64,000 bases of DNA from Utricularia gibba (GCA_002189035.1 CM007991.1:992001-1056000); one strand, 5' to 3'. Numbered from the stretch's first letter, positions 33,435 to 47,882 are shown. Notes: generated by a model from the letters alone, not told the origin. Numbers and translations: made by a program.

Positions 33435-36099
33435 TCAGCCAGAATTCTCACCGCCATCAAGAAGCGCTTCTGCTGCTGAATCCAGATCTTGTGGAAAGAA
33501 GACTCTGCACAGAATATGTACAAGACAAAGAGAGGCAGTATATCATGCCCATGTTTCTGATACGGCGACAAAACATGAATGCACAGGTGGTGTGGAGTTC
33601 AATCTCCAAAAGTGGCGTGCAAGCACAAGGGGAAAAGAAACAACCACTGCTGAATGGATCATGGAAATTTCTGAAGTATTCATTTCTAGGCAAGGGGAGG
33701 TTAAAGTGAAAAGGGAGAAAGGAAAGTAGTACCTGCATGTATTGTGGTACAAGGTTTTGCTGAGATGATTGAGATCTGAAATGCCTTTACACCCAGCTAT
33801 CACCTCCAATACTTGCCTTTTGCACAGAATTTTGTAAACAAGGGAAAGGTTATTACATTTGCACAAAAAGGTTCCAAGGCAACAAAGTGCATCAAGGTTA
33901 AGGAGCATCTTTGAAGACTCAAGTTTTATATCTGAAGCTAGTTTTCAAGAAATGGGAAGGCTGGTGCTAGTCATGCTTAATTTCTTTTTTTTTTTCGATG
34001 TTGGTCTTCGTTCATCGAAGTTACCTATGCATTCTTCAAGGTTTCTTTAGCAGTCAATAAATATGTTGTATTCTCACGGATGAAATAATTTTTTCCCCCT
34101 TTTTAGTTAAGTGCAAAATAGTAGACTCACCGCACCAAACATGGCTCGTTCCGGCCTTTGACAATGCATTCTGGATCATGCTTTTCCTTCTTCTTAGAAG
34201 GCCACGAAGATTTCACAAAGCCAATCCCCGCATGAGTGTTCTTGATTTCGCAGTATGGGGAATCCGTTTCAATCATCATTCTTTCAAGAGGAATTCCTTT
34301 GACAACATCAAGGTTCTCCGCAGTCTTAAGAGAGCATCCGTTGATTCCTGTAAAATGAAAGGCTTCAACAACTTTTAAAGAGAAACACAAATGTAAGGAC
34401 AGAAAAATCAAAATCCATAAGATTTACCAATGAAAATATTATTGAATGACAGAAGCTGATCACGATCTTCTGCGCTGCCGGTAAAAGAGTGAACAACCCC
34501 TGAGCAGAACCTGGATGCAGAATAAGTGGGAACCAGATATAAGCATACATAAAATCATAAAATATGTATTGAAAAAGAGTAAAATCAAAACCCATGTCCA
34601 AGCTTCTCTCGAAAAATCTCAGTTTTTTTCAAAAAAATTATCTCCAGTGATTCAAATCAAAATTGGCAAATATCAAAACTCATCATGTCTTCAATCTTAC
34701 ACATGCTTGTTATGCTCTAGAATGTTGCAGAAATCCTCTGCAGCAGCACGCATATGGAGAAACATTGGCAACTTTGTGGCATATGCAATTTCAAATTGCT
34801 TCGTAAAATACCTTGTTTCACACATAACCAAGAGGAAGAAATTAGAGCTGGCATCATTGGAGCTTCAGCAGCAACTGGAAAATGAAATTAACTTATAACA
34901 TACTTCCTTTGAATATCAGCAGAACAGAAGTGAAGACGATCATAGTCTAATCCACATTCTCCAATAGCCACCACCTTGCTTAAAATGATATTGGCATCAA
35001 ACGTAGCTTCCAGTAAGATCAAAGAAATTGCATAATGTGACACTTTCTACATGACAATATAAGCATACTTTTCCTTTGGCAATTCCCTCCTTAGCTAATG
35101 ATAAAAGAGCCTGTACATGTCCTTCCGGATCTCCACTCTCTTCAAATTCCTGATCAGAAAGTGCATCAATCTATTAAGATTCACACATTGATTGGCATAA
35201 AATTCAACTGCATCAATCTATTAAGTTTCACACATTGCATCTTGTTGGGTGCACACCAACCGTGCAGAAGAGCCTAGCTGCAAGCAAATTGAAAGAACAT
35301 GCATTAGCAAAGTACCAAATTTTATATAATGGAGCACTCTAAACAAGCGCCAACACCCATTTATTTGAATAACATTACATGAAAAATGCAGTACCATCAG
35401 TTTGGGCAATAGCAAGTGCTTCCCTGGACTCTTCGAGAGAACCACCAGTCACCTGAAATTGATCACAATAACAACCTTAAATACTCATAAAACCAAATGG
35501 TATACATGAAAAAAAGGGCAATATCATTAGTTGAGTGCTGCCCATCGCCTCATCACCACAATTTCTCATGATAATTGCCATACTTATGATGAATAATAGA
35601 TAGTTCTCTAGTTTCCATCATACTTGGCATCGTCCCAATGCATTTCCCCAAGAGTTAAAATCGAGTACATACATTTGCTAAACCTACAAATTCTTAAACT
35701 TCACAGAGGAAAACAAAAAAATTAAAAGCATGAAATGCGTAAGCCACAGAATTTTACAATAATTCTCTCCACGCCCGCGCTCCAGGCCCGGCTTAACACA
35801 GCTGCAATATCGGCGGCATGATAACGCTTGCCATGGTACACTCCCTTGAACATACCATCTGATAAATGTCCAAAATTTAACACGAAAAAGCATCAAATAT
35901 AACCAACACAAACATCTCCCACACATCTTACCTGTGAAATTAACCGCAATATCTGCAGTAAACAACAACAAATCGATGTGAAAAAAACACCGTATAAACA
36001 ATCATAGACAACAAAAACCTCAATAAAAAAAAAACTAGCTTCAGCGCGCCGGTAGCGGCTCTACTTGCCAATCATTCGCACGCCGCCGCCACGCGCCAT
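33435..36099 (-). CDS. TATDN1: TatD-related DNase (TATDN1-like)
   Basis: Exon 1 [10 protein letters not shown] (GC donor G|GCAAGT at 36068), then [56 protein letters not shown] and a last exon [22 protein letters not shown]. Confidence 0.92.
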
Positions 36100-36450
36100 G
36101 TAGGAAGATCTACCCAGTCAATCAAGAAAATGAAAAAAGTTGAATGTTTTTTTTTTATTACATCTAATAATATTATTAATTAATTGATATAAATATCGAA
36201 TATTACTATGATATTAAATTGGCACCATATATTTAAATTTGGAACGGAATATTTCCAAAATTAGCCCAACACCCTGCCTGTCCAGGTCACGCAAATGGGT
36301 ATCTATTTTGGTAATTTACATTGTCACTTACTCCAATTGTAGACAAAGGGCATTAATTAGGGATTAAGTAGCCGTACAGAATAATAGAAATGTATTACTA
36401 TATGTACTTAGCCGGCCGTCCTCCCCTTGCAATATCCGCGCACCATCACC

Positions 36451-37089
36451 ATGGCGGAGTCGGAGAAAGAAATGGAATGCTACCACAGCCGCCACCGCCA
36501 ATGCCGCCGCCGGAGAAAAATCCTAGTGCTGGCCGGAATTTCGATATTAGTGGCCGCCTCGCTCCTAGCCTTCCTCATCACATGGCTCGTCCTCCGGCCG
36601 ACAAAGGTTCAGTTCCTCCTCCAGGACGCCACCATCTTCAGGCTAAACGTCCCCGCCCCGAACGTCCTCTCCCTGACTCTCCAGCTCACAATCTTCGCCC
36701 GTAACCCGAACAGTCGAATCGGGGTTTACTACGACGACATCGACGTCTACGCCGCCTTCCACGGCCAGCAGGTCACTATATACACCGAGATACCGCCTGT
36801 GTACCAGCCGCAAAAGGGGTACAACGTCTGGTCCCCGTTCCTTTACGCCGAAAATCTTCCGATCGCGCCGTTTAACGGCGTGACGATCAGCGAGTACTGC
36901 GCTGCTGGCAGCGTCCCATTGGATATTCATATTGATGGCCGCGTCCGGTGGCGCGTGGGCATCTTTATCTCCGGCTGGTACCACCTCCACGTCTTCTGCC
37001 CCGCCGTCTTCCCCATCGGACACCCCGGCGGCGTCAATGGCACGGCGATGAAGTTTCAGCTGGATGAGAGGTGCAGCGTAAGCGTTTGA
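36451..37089 (+). CDS. NDR1/HIN1-like (LEA_2) protein, 212 aa, intronless
   Basis: TM segment followed by LVLRPTKVQFLLQDAT, ARNPNSRIGVYYD, VWSPFL and IDGRVRWRVGIFISGWYHLHVFCPA. Confidence 0.92.
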   Translation: MAESEKEMECYHSRHRQCRRRRKILVLAGISILVAASLLAFLITWLVLRPTKVQFLLQDATIFRLNVPAPNVLSLTLQLTIFARNPNSRIGVYYDDIDVYAAFHGQQVTIYTEIPPVYQPQKGYNVWSPFLYAENLPIAPFNGVTISEYCAAGSVPLDIHIDGRVRWRVGIFISGWYHLHVFCPAVFPIGHPGGVNGTAMKFQLDERCSVSV

Positions 37090-38198
37090 CAGCCCTTCAA
37101 TTTTCAATTACCTAAGAATAAATTATTCCATTTTATTTGGAATATTATATTAATATTTATAATTCCCTCCAATGTTACCTTGGCCACGTTGCAAGGATTA
37201 CACCTTCAGCCTTCATCTTTCTTTCTTCCGTACAAAATTACTCCGAAATGTTTATTTTTTATTATAAAATAATAATAATTGAGAATGGAAATCGACTTTA
37301 GGTTAATTCTACTGCAATTATAAGCAATAGGTTTATAGGCTAGAGGCTCATGATTCAGGGCGTAGGCAACGACCTTTAATGCAACATTATTGGACTTTGT
37401 GTTTCTGTTCATAAGACTTTATCAATGGGATCCGGGGGGCCCGCATTTGGCTACCAAATTCGTAGAATAATTTAATTAATAATATATTTGAATTATTTTT
37501 ATTTAAATAAATAACTATAAAAGTTTATTTAACAAATAGATTATTCATGTATATTTAAAATAAATAATTCATAATAATTAATATAATTTTTTTTCCATTT
37601 CATTAATAGATTTTACTTATTTAATTAAATTAATCTAGAAAATAAGTTTTGAAATATTTAATTCATAAACTTACCAGTTGATGGAATTAAGAGAATAGAA
37701 GTTTAAATTATATTACATTTAATAAAAGAAGATTTTACTTAATCCCATGATGGAAGATTTATTTAAATCTATATTCTACTTAATTTATTTAATTTCGAAT
37801 GTTTTAGTTCATAAATAAAAAATCTATTAAATAAGTAATAATTTTACATCACATGTATCTAATCTCAAATAAATTAACACTTTTTTATCCCAATTCCCTC
37901 ACTACAAAAACCCTAAAATCGATCATGATTCAGTTTTGGGCCAAACAGAAATGAAACCTTCCTCCAAAGATTAAAGGAATTGGGCCTATTTAAGGGATAT
38001 GACAGAAATAGCCTCAACCTTCATTTATGCAATTCTACTTTTACCCCTTTCTTTTTCATGTGCATTTTAAGTTAATATGCCTTGAGAACACAAGCACCAT
38101 GCCAAAAGTATGAGCAACAGAATACACTTCATTTGCTTATTGAGAATGTGACATTAGGTACCTCATGCAAAAAACAGTCCCAGAAGAGAAACTCCTGT

Positions 38199-39803
38199 TC
38201 AGAGTGCAGCAAAGTATTCCTTGCTTCCCTTGGGGTCAGGCTTCATGGACTTGTCACCTGGTTTCCATCCGGCCGGGCAGACTTCATCTGGGTTATCTTG
38301 AACATATTGCAGAGCCTGGGAAAACAATGCATATACAGCCATCATAAGAGATTATGAAGGTGAATGAGATGAAGAGGAAGGGAGTGTACTTGGAGTGTTC
38401 TAAGAGTTTCGTCGACGCTCCGGCCGATTGCTAAGTTGTTGATGGTAGAATGCTGAATGATACCCTCCTTGTCGATGATGAAGAGACCCCGCAATGCGAT
38501 GCCCTGAAATATGAGAAGTGGATGAGTATATTTGGAGTTGATTGTGTTGATACATTTTTGTATTGCAAAAGCTTCATGATCAAGGTTCTGGGTGGCAATG
38601 GAGCCAGTTTGAACCTGATCAGGGATCAGTACGCCGAAGGATTTTGAAACCGACTTGGTCACATCTGAAACTAGAGGGTATTTCAGATCGCCCAGTCCAC
38701 CGGATTTCCTGTCTGTTTGAACCCATGCAAGGTGGGAGAACTAGAGAAGAGTTTGTAAGAAAGAGAGCCATGATTAGAGGTTCTCCAAAAGAGTGACAAT
38801 AGCAATTGAGGATGATCTTCTGCTGACCATAGAATGCAGAAAAGAGAATAAAGGACTAAAAGCAGCTGCAGATTGTAAGCTACACTTACCACGCTGTCTA
38901 TAGAGACACCCAACACTTCGGTATTCAATTTCTCAAATTCTTCATAACGATCACTGAAAGCAGTAATCTCTGCAACGCAGAGGAACAAAAAGAAATGATT
39001 AGAAGCAAGTTAACATAGATTCCATTGGCGGTTCTGGTTTCAATCTCACCTGTGGGACAAACAAAGGTGAAATCCAGTGGGTAAAAGAAGAGGATTACAT
39101 ACTTTTTGCCCAAATAATCAGAGAGATTAACCTGCAAAAAGTATGCATAGTGTACTTGTATCAGTTGCAATACGCAGGAGCCTCTCTAAGCATAGCACAA
39201 GAAAATGAATTCCTCGAAAATAACAGCACAGGAGTCCCAAACTAACCATTCAACGATTCAAATCGGTACATAATTAAGAAGCAACACATCTATATTTAAT
39301 AATAATGGCACCTTAATGAACTCCTGATCAAAAACTGCCTCAGCTTCAAAATCTGGAGCCTTGTTTCCCACCAGTGGTAGTTCACTCTGCATAACAAAGT
39401 AAAGATAATGAAAAAAACCATTCTCGCCTCTTCCTCAGTACATTATTAAAAAAAATCATCTTTCAGGCACATCAAGATAACGTAATTCCAAAAAAACAGT
39501 AAACCAAAAGTTTCGCACAACCGCAGCATATAAATCAGATCTACATAAACCCCACAACCAGGGAGGGTCAAGAATGGAAGTGGAGTAACTTACAGCTCGA
39601 ACGATCAAACTGCGGCGCCTGGCGGAGGAAGCAACCTTGGAAGACAATGAGCGAGGGAAAGAGGCGCCACCGGAGAATGACGAGCCAAAAGCAGCGGAGA
39701 GAGGAGAAACTGATTTCTTGATAGGAATGCGGGCTTTTGGGTTGAGGCTCGAGTTAGATGAAACTAATGCAGACATCGGAGCGGCAAAAGCAGAGGAAGC
39801 CAT
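38199..39803 (-). CDS. BAS1: Chloroplast 2-Cys peroxiredoxin
   Basis: Ser/Arg-rich transit peptide, [19 protein letters not shown] (peroxidatic Cys), [24 protein letters not shown] (resolving Cys) and SKEYFAAL*. Confidence 0.95.
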
Positions 39804-40169
39804 GGCTCATCCAAAACCACAACACTCGACGGAGAACGAATGAATGGCGACGCTCTCAAGCTCGCTCCTGAGTGGTGCCGTGGTGTGGGATTTTGAGAAC
39901 ATTGGGATAACGTAAAACGACGCCGTTTTCTTTAGACTTTCTATTTCCATATTTTTTGGTAGAAATCCGGAAGAAAAAAATAATAGTAATAAAAGGAAAG
40001 CGTCTTTAGGGCTAGGTGTTTTTTTCCATCATACGACATACAAGGGCAGTAGGTTCCAACTCTGACCGGGTTACAGGATCCGGAGCATAAGGATTCCGTT
40101 ATTGTACAACATGGTAAAGCGCTTGGCCATCCATAGAAAGAGATCACCGTACAATGTACATGAGCAGCG

Positions 40170-43100
40170 TCACATGCAGACATGTGGAGGTATAAGCTTT
40201 CCCGGATTCATGATGTTATTGGGATCCAATGCAGTCTTGATCTTCTTCATTGTCCTCAGGGCTTCTATCCCATGCTCCTTCTCAACATACTGAAAGAAGT
40301 GCAGTAAAAACAATAAGCATGGCGCTGTTCGTCTCATCAACATCTTAAGCCAAGCCAGTGGAAATGGATGGAGGCGGGTGGTAGTTCGAGTTACCTTCAG
40401 TTTACCTGTGCCGACTCCGTGCTCGCCGGTGCAAGTTCCTGTAATGAACACCAAGAATAAGTAATGGTTTTGGTGAATGATGATGGTTGATGAGGCTTCT
40501 GGCAATGAGGGAAGAAAGGGGAGATGAGGAGAGAAGTACCTTCCAGGTCCAGAGCAGCATGGACCATGAAATGGCTCAATCTCTCAGCTTCCTTGCATTG
40601 TGCGTTGTCATTAGGATTGAAGAGGATCACCGTGTGGAAGTTCCCATCACCAGCGTGAGCGATAACAGTGCTGTTACAGGATAATATGCATAACAGGGCA
40701 CGTGAATTATCACATGAAGAAACAAAGAGTTCTTGCTTTAGTGGGAAACAGCATACATACCATAGTAAGGGGGAAGAGTCAATTTCTTTCTTGGATGCTG
40801 AAATGAGGTCAGCGAGGCGCGACAGTGGCACGCATACATCCTGTAATATGCGAAATGTGAAACAGGTAACAGAGTGCAGGAATAATCAACGAAGGGCAGA
40901 ACTTAGTGGTATGCATGCAATGACAATGGAGGGCAAGTTACAACGATGCTAAGAGCCACGTACCAAAGCTTACCGTAGTCATTGCTTCACAATCTGGTTT
41001 CAAGGCAAGGGAAGCCCAAAGTGCTTCTTTTCTCATCTACCATAGCCGACAGACGATAGAAAATCAGAGCACTACATTTGCGTTGCAAGTAAAAAATTAC
41101 AAGACTCGTTCTTTTCGCTGTACTTACCCTCCAGAGCTCCTTTTTTGCCTCAGGATCTTCCTTGAATACAAAATCAGATCCGTTATGCTCAGAAACTATC
41201 TTTTGAACTATAAGGGTCTGTTCACGAGAGTAAGCTTCTGCAAATGTCCAAATTGAGACACCATTATCAACCAAAAGTCATTAGCCAGAATTAGAGATGG
41301 CAATGCTGTAAAACAAATAGATAACTGCTATACAAATAAAAGTTAATATGTGTGCTATCAATGGCGAAAGGAAAAAGAGAAAAGTAAGTATCACCTGTGC
41401 CAATAAATTCAAACATCAAAGTTGGGAATTCAGGAAAATTTTTCCCGTTGGCATAGTTGATAGCCCTCACTTGAACTTCATCCAGAAGTTCAACCCTTGA
41501 TACCTTCAATATGGACCACATTACAGAAGTTTCTTGCTACGAGAACTTCAAGAATATTGATCAACAGAGTTAGGAAAGCTACAGATTTCCATACCTGTAT
41601 TCCAGACATCATGGTAGCAATAGCAACATCCGCTGCATCTTTGATGGTAGGAAAGCTACACATAGCCACCTAAAAAAGACTGCATCCAGATGACACGAGA
41701 CAGAAATCCAAACATGCATCCAGGTGACACATTATATAAATTTTAATGGAATTAGCTCTTTTATCAATTATTAGTGACGGAAAACAAGTTTAAAGTGGAT
41801 GAAGTTTCTCCCCTGATACGAGAAAACAGTTTCATTCATTCATAAAGTAAGACAAAATTACCACAGAGTATTCAGGAATCCTTTGCAGACGCAATGTGAC
41901 TTCTGTTATGACTCCCAATGTTCCCTCGCTGCCGATGAATAAACGTGTTAAATCGTACCTGTGAAATAAAACACCTTGACTTGAAGACATCCTTCAAATT
42001 GTGTTCAATGCCCAAAACATGAAATAAGCAGTACAGAGACATCACCAATGCCACAGAGAACAATGCAATGGAACGTCTAAGCAATGTACACAAGAAAAAC
42101 TCCAGGAGATCCATATAGATAAGGGGTAATAACACATCAATATGCTGGGTTTTGAGCATATAGCTTACCCTGAGGAACTTTTTCGGGCACGAGAAGCGGT
42201 CTTAACAACATCTCCATTGGGAAGAACAGCCTGAGAGAAAATAGGGATCATGAGCACCATCTGATTGATGACAAATGCACGTGTTAGGTATCACAAACCT
42301 TAAGACTGATAACATTTTCGCGCATCGTACCGTATCTGCATGAAACAATGACTTGGGTAAAACTCCATTCAAAAGACAATGGAAAAAGCTGATGCAAAAG
42401 ACTACATACTGGAAAGTCTCTCAAACTAGAATAAGCTACAATCTTCTATTAAATGACACATAAAACTAATGCAAGTCTCCTGCATGCCAGTTACCTCACA
42501 GCCAAAGAACCAGAACAGCGAGTAGCACACATTCCACCTATGGTTGCCCCAGGTCCTGAAAATTGGTTTTGATGATTAAGTAAACCGGAACTGGCTAAAA
42601 AGATTAAAAAAATAAAACTCATAATAATCCTTTTAGGACATGCTAAAATTCCATAGACAAACTTAATAACATCACTAAGCTAGATGAAAAAAGGTTCCCA
42701 GGATCTTTGAAGAGAAGAATAAAATCAGGAAACTCGCCTGGGTCCAAGGGGAAGAATAAACCATAAGGTTGAAGATATTCATTTAGCTCCATCCACCCAA
42801 TCCCAGGTTCAACGACAACATCCATGTCCTTAATATTTAATGCTTTGACATGCTGTGGTTGAGCATTTTGAGAGAACTCGATGTCAGAATAGGTTGTCAC
42901 TAAAACACAGCAGCACAAAATTCATCATTTTATGCACGTTTAGGAGTTGGAGCCGTGAGAAACGAAAAATAAAAAAGATAAAAAAACATGCCGTAGTGCT
43001 TCACAGATATTCATACATTCATGTTTGACATGTCAACGGAAACTCCACCATTAGGACACAAGGTATGACCTTCAATTGAAGTAGCTCCACCATAAGGTAC

Positions 43101-44135
43101 AATAGGTACCTATCATAGTAATTATCATGGCATTTTACACCTTAGATATACATGATGTATCTTCAAAAAACCGTGAAAACGACACACACACAACAAACCT
43201 TGTTCTTGTTACAGGCTGCTACTACCTTAGACACCTCCTCCTCGGACCTAGGTATATTGAGAAGCAAATATCAGAAAGTAATAACTATTTCAAAACCCGA
43301 GTGCTCGTATTTTCTCCTTAAATTGCCTTAAAAGCTGGGAAAACGATTAGTTTTACCATCAATCTTATCACTTACAAGGATCCAATTCACAGAAATTGCA
43401 CAAACTGCAGATTTTATCTCATTACATATAAGACCTTGTGCCATACAGAAATATGCGAAGATCAACATGTGCAAGAAACAATAGTGAAATTCGGAGTAAG
43501 AAGCCAACAAAACCTTGGGTAAACAATTACATCTGGGATGTTCACTGCCTTGTGAAAGCTGTGTTGCGGCTTCCCGTGGAAGTACCTTTCGTCATAATCT
43601 AGAGTTATGTTACCCTGTTGGAAACATCATATTCCATCATCTTTTTTACATACCATTCCCAGCAGCATTATGGTAGACCAAAAACCTTACAAATGGCCCT
43701 GAGTTCTTCAATAAGCGATTTTGACACTTCCGCGTAAGAACCCTTCACCAAATACTCCGTGCTAACTTTCCCTCCTGATGTATCATCCCTAACGCACCAC
43801 GCAATCAGAAAACATTCCACATTCGAAATTTGAATAATAAAAAAATGGTAATCCAAGAAACTTGACCCTTACGATTGATCAAGATTTACTGATTCACAGT
43901 AGGCTGTGCCGTTATTTCCATATGAATAGCAACTCAATGATCCCGCGGAGACGGCAAGAGCTAAGGGAAGCAAGGATGAGGCCCAAGATGAACCCAGAGG
44001 ACTCCTCGAAGTTTTTTCCGTTTCTTTAGTGACAAGACTTGAAAAACCCGCTGTCCGCTGTTCTGCAAGAAAGCTTCTAAGTTTTGGGTGAATGTATCTG
44101 ACGGACGAACGAAAGCGAGAGAAGAAGGCAGCCAT
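40170..44135 (-). CDS. D-LDH: Mitochondrial FAD-linked D-lactate dehydrogenase
   Basis: Presequence [56 protein letters not shown] and [23 protein letters not shown]. Confidence 0.93.
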
Positions 44136-44513
44136 TGTCGAAGAGCTTGGAGCCGGAAAGACAGTCACCCTTTCGTGCCAGGTGGAGAAAACAAAAACGG
44201 AAAGGGAAACAAATCCCTGAAATGAAATATCTTTGTTTTATAATTGTAATTATTTATCAAAAACAAATATGTTGCATTGCCAATTTTACCCCCATCATAT
44301 TCCTTATCTAGTTTACCACCAATCAGGTCGAAACGATGCCACGTGTACGGTCGCGATCATCTGACCACGCCATGGACAATTCACTAGGTTGGACATGATG
44401 CAGGAAGCGTACGGACAAAACAAAACGTGAAGTAAAAAAAGATGGCTCATCATCATACTGGTTTTTTCTGAAGCAGATGATGACTGAAGAAGGTGAGAAG
44501 CCAACTCAGTGGT

Positions 44514-44684
44514 GATAGCATCTGATACATTTTCCCGGATATCGATGAGCTTCGTAGCACCATACCCAGAACAACACGAGGCCGCCGGAAATGCTCTGCA
44601 TATTCCGCCGGAAAAAGAGACAGACAAACGCAAAAAACCACCGGACACTTTGAGCAACTCAATGAGTTAGCATAAGTGCTTCTA
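44514..44684 (-). pseudogene. Decayed third OST-HTH/LOTUS domain downstream of the NYN gene stop
   Basis: Reads *KHLC*LIELLKVSGGFLRL / LFPAEYAEHFRRPRVV / SGYGATKLIDIRENVSDAI and aligns to the two intact LOTUS domains. It has two in-frame stops (44684-44682, 44669-44667) and compensating +4/-1 indels. Confidence 0.8.
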
Positions 44685-44770
44685 AGAAGTTCTTCATTGA
44701 TACAGCAAACAAGGAACATGCCACGAAAGAGAAAGCACAGAGGTCCAACACAACTCTTTCCTGCCGGATC

Positions 44771-46003
44771 TTACTTCGTTCGGCGTGACCGAGGGCAAAC
44801 GGCCCTGTTATTGTAACGCCTTCTAATGACGATATCATCTGATATCATTTCAACAAGATTGATTAGCTTTTTAGCCCCGTATTCGGAAGCAACAAGGGGC
44901 CGTTGGAAAAGTTTTGCATATACTTTCGGAACTTTGTCAAGTGGCAGACGCCCACCTGACAACTTGAGCAACTTCAAAACTTGGGACTTCAAAGCTTTTA
45001 TATCCCGTGGCTGCTCAGGCATCCCAAGGGAACAAGAAGGCGGCTCAGTTGACGCAGACCGAAGAAGGTAGGCGGCCTTGTTATCGTTTTTTCCTGTAAT
45101 GCCGATGGCATCAGAGAACTTTTCCAACAGTTGGATGAGCTTTTCAGCCCCGTACTCAGAATAAGTAAGGGGTCGATGGAAAAGCTTCTTGTATTCATTT
45201 AGGATATCGTTCAGAGGCAAACAACCATCTGCTAGTTCCAGCAACTTCACCAGCTGGCACTTCAACTTATCTATGTCTCCTTGCTGCACAATAGTTGCTT
45301 CGCTCTTATCAGTAGAAGGCTGATCTGTAGCTGATGTTCCAGGTAAGGAAGATGAGATCTTAGCTGATTGAGAAGCTTCAGAACTGAGAGAAGTGGTCTT
45401 TGAACTACAGCTGCTTTCAGATAGAGATTTTGGTTCTTCTTGAATTTCCACGCACTTTTTGACAGAAGAACAACAAACCTGAGCTGGAATGTAACAGGGG
45501 ATCACAAAACCTTTCCCATGAGCCAAACTCGGCCAATCCCAAACGAATCTGCCGGGATTCCTCAGTGCAGATGAAACACGAACGCCTGTTGGAATGACAA
45601 GAATCACATTGTACCCACGCTGGCCCAAAATATGAAGTGTGGGAGCAAAATCAGCATCTCCGGTTATAAGCATAACAGATGATGGAGGACGGTTGTCTAA
45701 AGCGAAAAGGAACATGTCGACCAAGATTGCCTTATCTGCTGCTTCTTTTCGATTGTTTGGGACATCAACAATCTTGACTCCAGTTCTGTAGAAGCATTCT
45801 CTAAATCGTGTCGAGAAGGACACTAAGTCAGCAAATGCTGAAAACAGGGTGACTTCTCCCTCGATCATGGCATTGTTTTTTATGGCCGTCCTGATGTTAC
45901 CAGACACATCTTCAGGCAAAACATCACTAGGCACACCACAGTTCTCTATATCCCAGAAAATCCCTATGGGGCCTTTTACCGAACGCTGATCGGGTGCAGA
46001 CAT
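44771..46003 (-). CDS. NYN (PIN-fold) ribonuclease with two OST-HTH/LOTUS domains (limkain-b1/MARF1-like), 410 aa, intronless CDS
   Basis: IFWDIENC, AADKAILVDM and ITGDADF (conserved NYN Asp residues). LOTUS copies at ~45277-45065 and ~45004-44795 (LKxQLVKLL..G.LPL...EY..LF.RPL..SEYGA.KLI.L). Confidence 0.9.
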   Translation of the reverse strand: MSAPDQRSVKGPIGIFWDIENCGVPSDVLPEDVSGNIRTAIKNNAMIEGEVTLFSAFADLVSFSTRFRECFYRTGVKIVDVPNNRKEAADKAILVDMFLFALDNRPPSSVMLITGDADFAPTLHILGQRGYNVILVIPTGVRVSSALRNPGRFVWDWPSLAHGKGFVIPCYIPAQVCCSSVKKCVEIQEEPKSLSESSCSSKTTSLSSEASQSAKISSSLPGTSATDQPSTDKSEATIVQQGDIDKLKCQLVKLLELADGCLPLNDILNEYKKLFHRPLTYSEYGAEKLIQLLEKFSDAIGITGKNDNKAAYLLRSASTEPPSCSLGMPEQPRDIKALKSQVLKLLKLSGGRLPLDKVPKVYAKLFQRPLVASEYGAKKLINLVEMISDDIVIRRRYNNRAVCPRSRRTK

Positions 46004-46377
46004 CTTAACTCCCGATGAGTGGCTCCTGCTTTCCTAAGACACCCCAAATCCTCCTAAACGGCAAAGATTACCGTTGTGCAGAAGAACAACATCAGATCAC
46101 CGACGGCGGTTCGTCTACTTCCCCGGCAGGTTCAAATCCCCTTGACACGCGTTAACTTGTGATTGATCGGGGAAACTAAACGACACGGGTCGTGTTCGAG
46201 TTCAAAATACCAACTTCACAAAAAAAAAAAAAAAAACGGTAGAAAACCCAACAATAAAATAACTATAGGAAATATTGAAATCAAATCACAATAAAAAATA
46301 AAACACTTTTTATTTTCTAATTATAAGTTCCATAAATGGGAAAAAAATAAACTCCATCCCTAACAAATAATTGAAAT

Positions 46378-46518
46378 TAATATGGACCGATTTAAGCCCT
46401 AAACCCCAAAATTTAAAATATTAAAACTCTAAATCCTGAATCCATAAATCCTAAATCCCAATCATAACTCCCGATTCCCAATCGATTTAACTGTAGTTTT
46501 TAATATGGACTGATTTAA
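46378..46518. repeat. Degenerate telomere-like (CCCTAAA) tract bracketed by an 18-bp direct repeat
   Basis: TAATATGGACCGATTTAA (46378-46395) and TAATATGGACTGATTTAA (46501-46518) flank CCCTAAA-CCCCAAA...CTCTAAA-TCCTGAA-TCCATAAA-TCCTAAA. Confidence 0.6.
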
Positions 46519-46735
46519 ATTTGGTTGGATCATGCTGCAGGGTTTGAACAATCACCATCAACAGTTTGGTTTGAGATATACTCTGAAGACCTAATCCCCA
46601 ATCCAGCCACAAATACGCATTCAAAACTAAGTTAAAGTGAAGTTGTGATAATGTCTTCAACCTCAAGGGGCGGCAAAACATCAGTCTAATTTGAAAGGGA
46701 GGTATCAGATACTGAACAGCGAATGGGAGGAGAAA

Positions 46736-47854
<1,119 letters not shown>

Positions 47855-47882
47855 GGCTTCAAAACTCCACCACTCTGAACAC

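Noticed and set aside
36390-37107. Long overlapping ORFs around NHL (also 1492-1974 over CYP and 28605-29172 over OFP)
   Set aside because: Antisense or alternative-frame shadows of GC-rich coding exons, with no recognisable domains.
37437-37950. AT-rich block with TTTGGC/GCCAAAC ends (possible MITE)
   Set aside because: End complementarity too short to distinguish from chance.
46129-46236. Perfect B-box GGTTCAAATCC followed by an A17 run (possible SINE)
   Set aside because: No credible A-box or TSD; the region reads as the NYN 5' leader on the other strand.
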